Positions 61,131-64,000 of a DNA stretch of 64,000 nucleotides are shown here, one piece after another. Made by a program: the position numbers and the translations under genes. Location of the stretch: contig JASCQW010000109.1 in NCBI GenBank assembly GCA_030264375.1, positions 26,703,980-26,767,979 of the forward strand, read 5' to 3'. The notes below the pieces were generated by a model. It worked only from the letters and a program-made list of their open reading frames with translations, did no database searches and was not told the DNA's origin. The stretch is from Carcharhinus longimanus (taxonomy: Eukaryota). Position 1 is the stretch's first letter. Each line of letters begins with the position of its first letter.

Positions 61131-62820
61131 TAAAAATGCTGGTATAATAAAGTTTATTCTTGTTTGTTCAAATCCCATGAAATCTCATGTGACATGTTAT
61201 TCATCCCTTGCCAGATCTTAGCAAAGACTTGGGGGTCTGGATCTTGAATCCACGACAAATATGAGTGCTGATTCTCACTGAGGTTAAACTTGTGAAGATT
61301 TCCACAGTGAAATTCATGATATTGATTGAAAGCAGAATAGCTTGGTCAATTGCCTCAACTTTTCTGGAGAGGGGAGATTTATCCCTGAGTGAGTCGCAGC
61401 GATTAAGTAATCCTAAATTTATCACATTGACAGAAGAGTTAGAGTTAAAAGCAGGGCCTAAGAAAGGAGAAATGATTGAGACAATAGTGAAGCAGCTATG
61501 ATCGGAAATGTTAATCCAGCTAGCAATTCTGTTCGGTCAACTAGAATTCAGTTGCAGATAACACAACTTGAGATGGTTAAAAAAAAAGAAAAAGCTGGAA
61601 AAAGAGGGAAAAGAAAAAGGGCAAAGGAAATTATAAGGTGAAAGCATAAGCTTGAACTCCAGAGAGAGAAAGAAATTAAAATGAACTGGCTAAATAAAAG
61701 ATTAGATTACATGGCTTAAGAGAATCAGCTCCAGTCAATAAAAAATGATAATGCAGAGAATGAAGAAACTAATACGTTTTTGTAGCCATAATGTGGGGCA
61801 TGTAAAAGCAAATTGTTGTAAGCTGAATGGTAAATCAGTGTCAGCAATAAGAATACTTAAAGATTCTTCAGAAAAGGCTGTACAAGAAAAAGAAATGTGT
61901 GGTAAAAGTGAGTTAATTGTACAAATGAAACATGTTCCTTCAGAATTGAGTAGAATGGAAAATGTGGCTAAGCATTGTCAACATGCTTCCTCCTCAAATA
62001 CTGCTCAGTGAAAGTAGGTTGAAGAAGGTTAGAAAGGCTTTTCGTCACAGGGAACAGTGCTTCCTTACTCCTGTCACAAAACTAGAAAGGAAGATAATAT
62101 TTTTTGAGAGCTACTGAGACAGATCTGTCACTGATAGTAGCTGATGTTTGAATGGAAGAGGAAGTATTAATAGAGGATCTTTATGGAACTTATGAACCTG
62201 TTCCTTTAAGTGCAAACTTAAACTTACAAAGTGACTTAGTAAATTCGATTGTTATGGTAGGAATTATTCCAAGTTTACCAATGGAAGAGATAGACTGTGT
62301 AGTGCGTAATGATTTGATAAGTTTGAAATTCTTACAATCTATGAGAGTTTCGAGAGAGCCAATGGAAAGGAGAGAAACAGATTTTTTGCAGGAGGACTAC
62401 TCTGGGCTGTTCCCCAGTTACATGGCAGATAGAACCTGAGCATGTAACTCTAGACAGGTTAAAATGCCAAAATCACTAGCCCAGGAATAAGAAAAATTAG
62501 TACCAGAAATACAAGAATGTCAAAGGCTGTGTGAGGAATTAAGCTTTGCTAAGGAAAAACTGAGCAGTGTTGGGAACCAACTTTCACATGCAAAAGATTG
62601 TTTTTCGAATAAAAACAAGAACTGATGAAAACATTTGAGTGTCAGTCACAGGAAGTAGAACACTTGAATGAGTACTTGAAATATCTGAGTGATAAACTTG
62701 GAGAAGCAAATTCAACAAAGATATATCTTCAAATAAAACTTGATAAATATCCATCAGGTCTCTATGAAGTATGGTGAAAAACACCTTGAACAGGAAAGCA
62801 AATTTCTGAATGTGTTGCAA
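61130..62820 (+). mobile_element. Gypsy LTR element remnant: LTR end, PBS, gag with zinc knuckle, protease
   Basis: AATAAA..LTR end, then TTGGGGGTC PBS (~61230). gag 'ASTFLE..LSNPKFITLTEELEL', knuckle remnant 'HNVGHVKANC', protease region 'VPL..NLQSDLV..VMVGIIPSLPMEEIDCVVRNDL'. Confidence 0.8.
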
Positions 62821-63139
62821 TGGTTTATGTTTGTTTGTTCAAAATGCTTTGTTTGGAAACATAGAAAATAGGAGCAAGAGTGGGCTACTCAGCCTTTCAA
62901 ACCTGCGTTATTCACTTGAAAGTGTCTTGAATCTCAAACATTGTCTGCTTTAAATAAAACATTACTGGGTCCTAGCCAGATCTTACCTCAGACTTGAGGG
63001 TCTGATCTAGGATCATAACAAGAAAATAAAATATATTCAGCTCTCTTGGAATATAAAACCTCCTTTTTTCAAAGGGCAGCAAAGAGGAAATGCTTCAAAT
63101 ATTGCCTACTCCAGTTTTGAAGGATCCAGTTACATAAAT

Positions 63140-63450
63140 GGTTATGGACCTGATTGTATTCGTGGCCGCTGTTGATGCCATCCTCAGTCTCCTGTCAGGA
63201 TGCAGCTGTGGCAGATTTCAGTGTGGGCCTCTTCAGTGAAACGGAGGGTATCTCACATTTTGATGAGGTTCAGAAAGGAGAATTTCTCCCTGAGCATGTG
63301 CAGCAGCTCTAGCCTCATGCTGAGAGGTCCTTCACCCCTCATTCTTCTATCAGGAACTTCTGCTCTGTGTCACATTTGCTCATTCTCATTCTCGTGTTTC
63401 AAGCAAAGATGGGTGCAAATTACTGCACCCATGCGTGGGAGCAACTGGTC
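63140..63450 (-). pseudogene. Harbinger transposase N-terminal remnant
   Basis: Minus strand 'REKFSFLNL....LRFTEEAHTEICH' matches the Harbinger transposase N-terminal pattern also seen at ~1330-1430. Confidence 0.65.
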
Positions 63451-64000
63451 TGTATAGAATTCAGGACAAAGTCCTTCAGCATATGCCACACTATTCATGT
63501 AGATTTCAGTAACGTCAAACCCTTTATCATACAACCATCGAATCATCAAATGGTTACAGAAGAGAAGGAGGTCATATGGCCTATCGTATCTGTAATGGTT
63601 CTTGAGAAGAGCAACTCACCTAGCACCGCTCTCTTGCCTTTTCCCCATAGGTCTGCAAAATATTTCACTTTGAGATAATTATCCAATTGTCTTTTGTTTG
63701 AAAAGCACTTTAAATAGCACTGAACTCGCGCTCAACTATGTGTGTTCATTAGCTGGTGTGTTGAGCCCCAAAGTGGCCACACTGGCATCAGATCAACTTC
63801 TTGATGTCAAGACTTCCTGCTGTGTGTTCCAGCAGATGCTCAATGTGTGTGTGCTATTGTCCTCACCAAAACAGCATCTGGAAAGGCTAGCCCCAGCAGT
63901 GTGCCTGCCTGTTGTAAATGTGATTTTAGAGGTAGAAAAATGGATGCTGCAAAGCCAAATTTTATGGCAAATATTTAAAAAGTAGTGAAATATATTTTAT

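Overview
Eukaryotic, repeat-dense, apparently intronic or intergenic DNA from a cartilaginous fish, most likely a shark. This is inferred from about 10 HE1-type tRNA SINEs, a Deu-domain (SacSINE1-like) SINE, CR1/L2/Rex LINE fragments and shark-type PIF/Harbinger elements. No intact protein-coding gene, rRNA, tRNA or CRISPR array is supported, and nearly all listed ORFs are transposon debris or run through N gaps. Main contents: a decayed Harbinger transposon (~0.7-3.9 kb) with many non-autonomous relatives and MITEs; three Gypsy-type LTR retrotransposon remnants (22.3-24.8, 48.5-54.0 and 61.1-62.8 kb) and several solo LTRs; an L2 LINE with four nested insertions (37-42.6 kb); Penelope-derived short elements carrying degenerate hammerhead ribozyme cores; and repeat-free blocks that may be conserved enhancers. 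The most unusual observations are a ~97%-identical copy of a Gypsy 3' LTR segment inside the element's own pol, HE1 SINEs with swapped 3' tails, an LTR element with a repetitive coiled-coil cargo, and a few weak candidate exons. All family calls come from visual motif recognition, not database searches, and repeat boundaries are approximate (about +/-20-50 bp).
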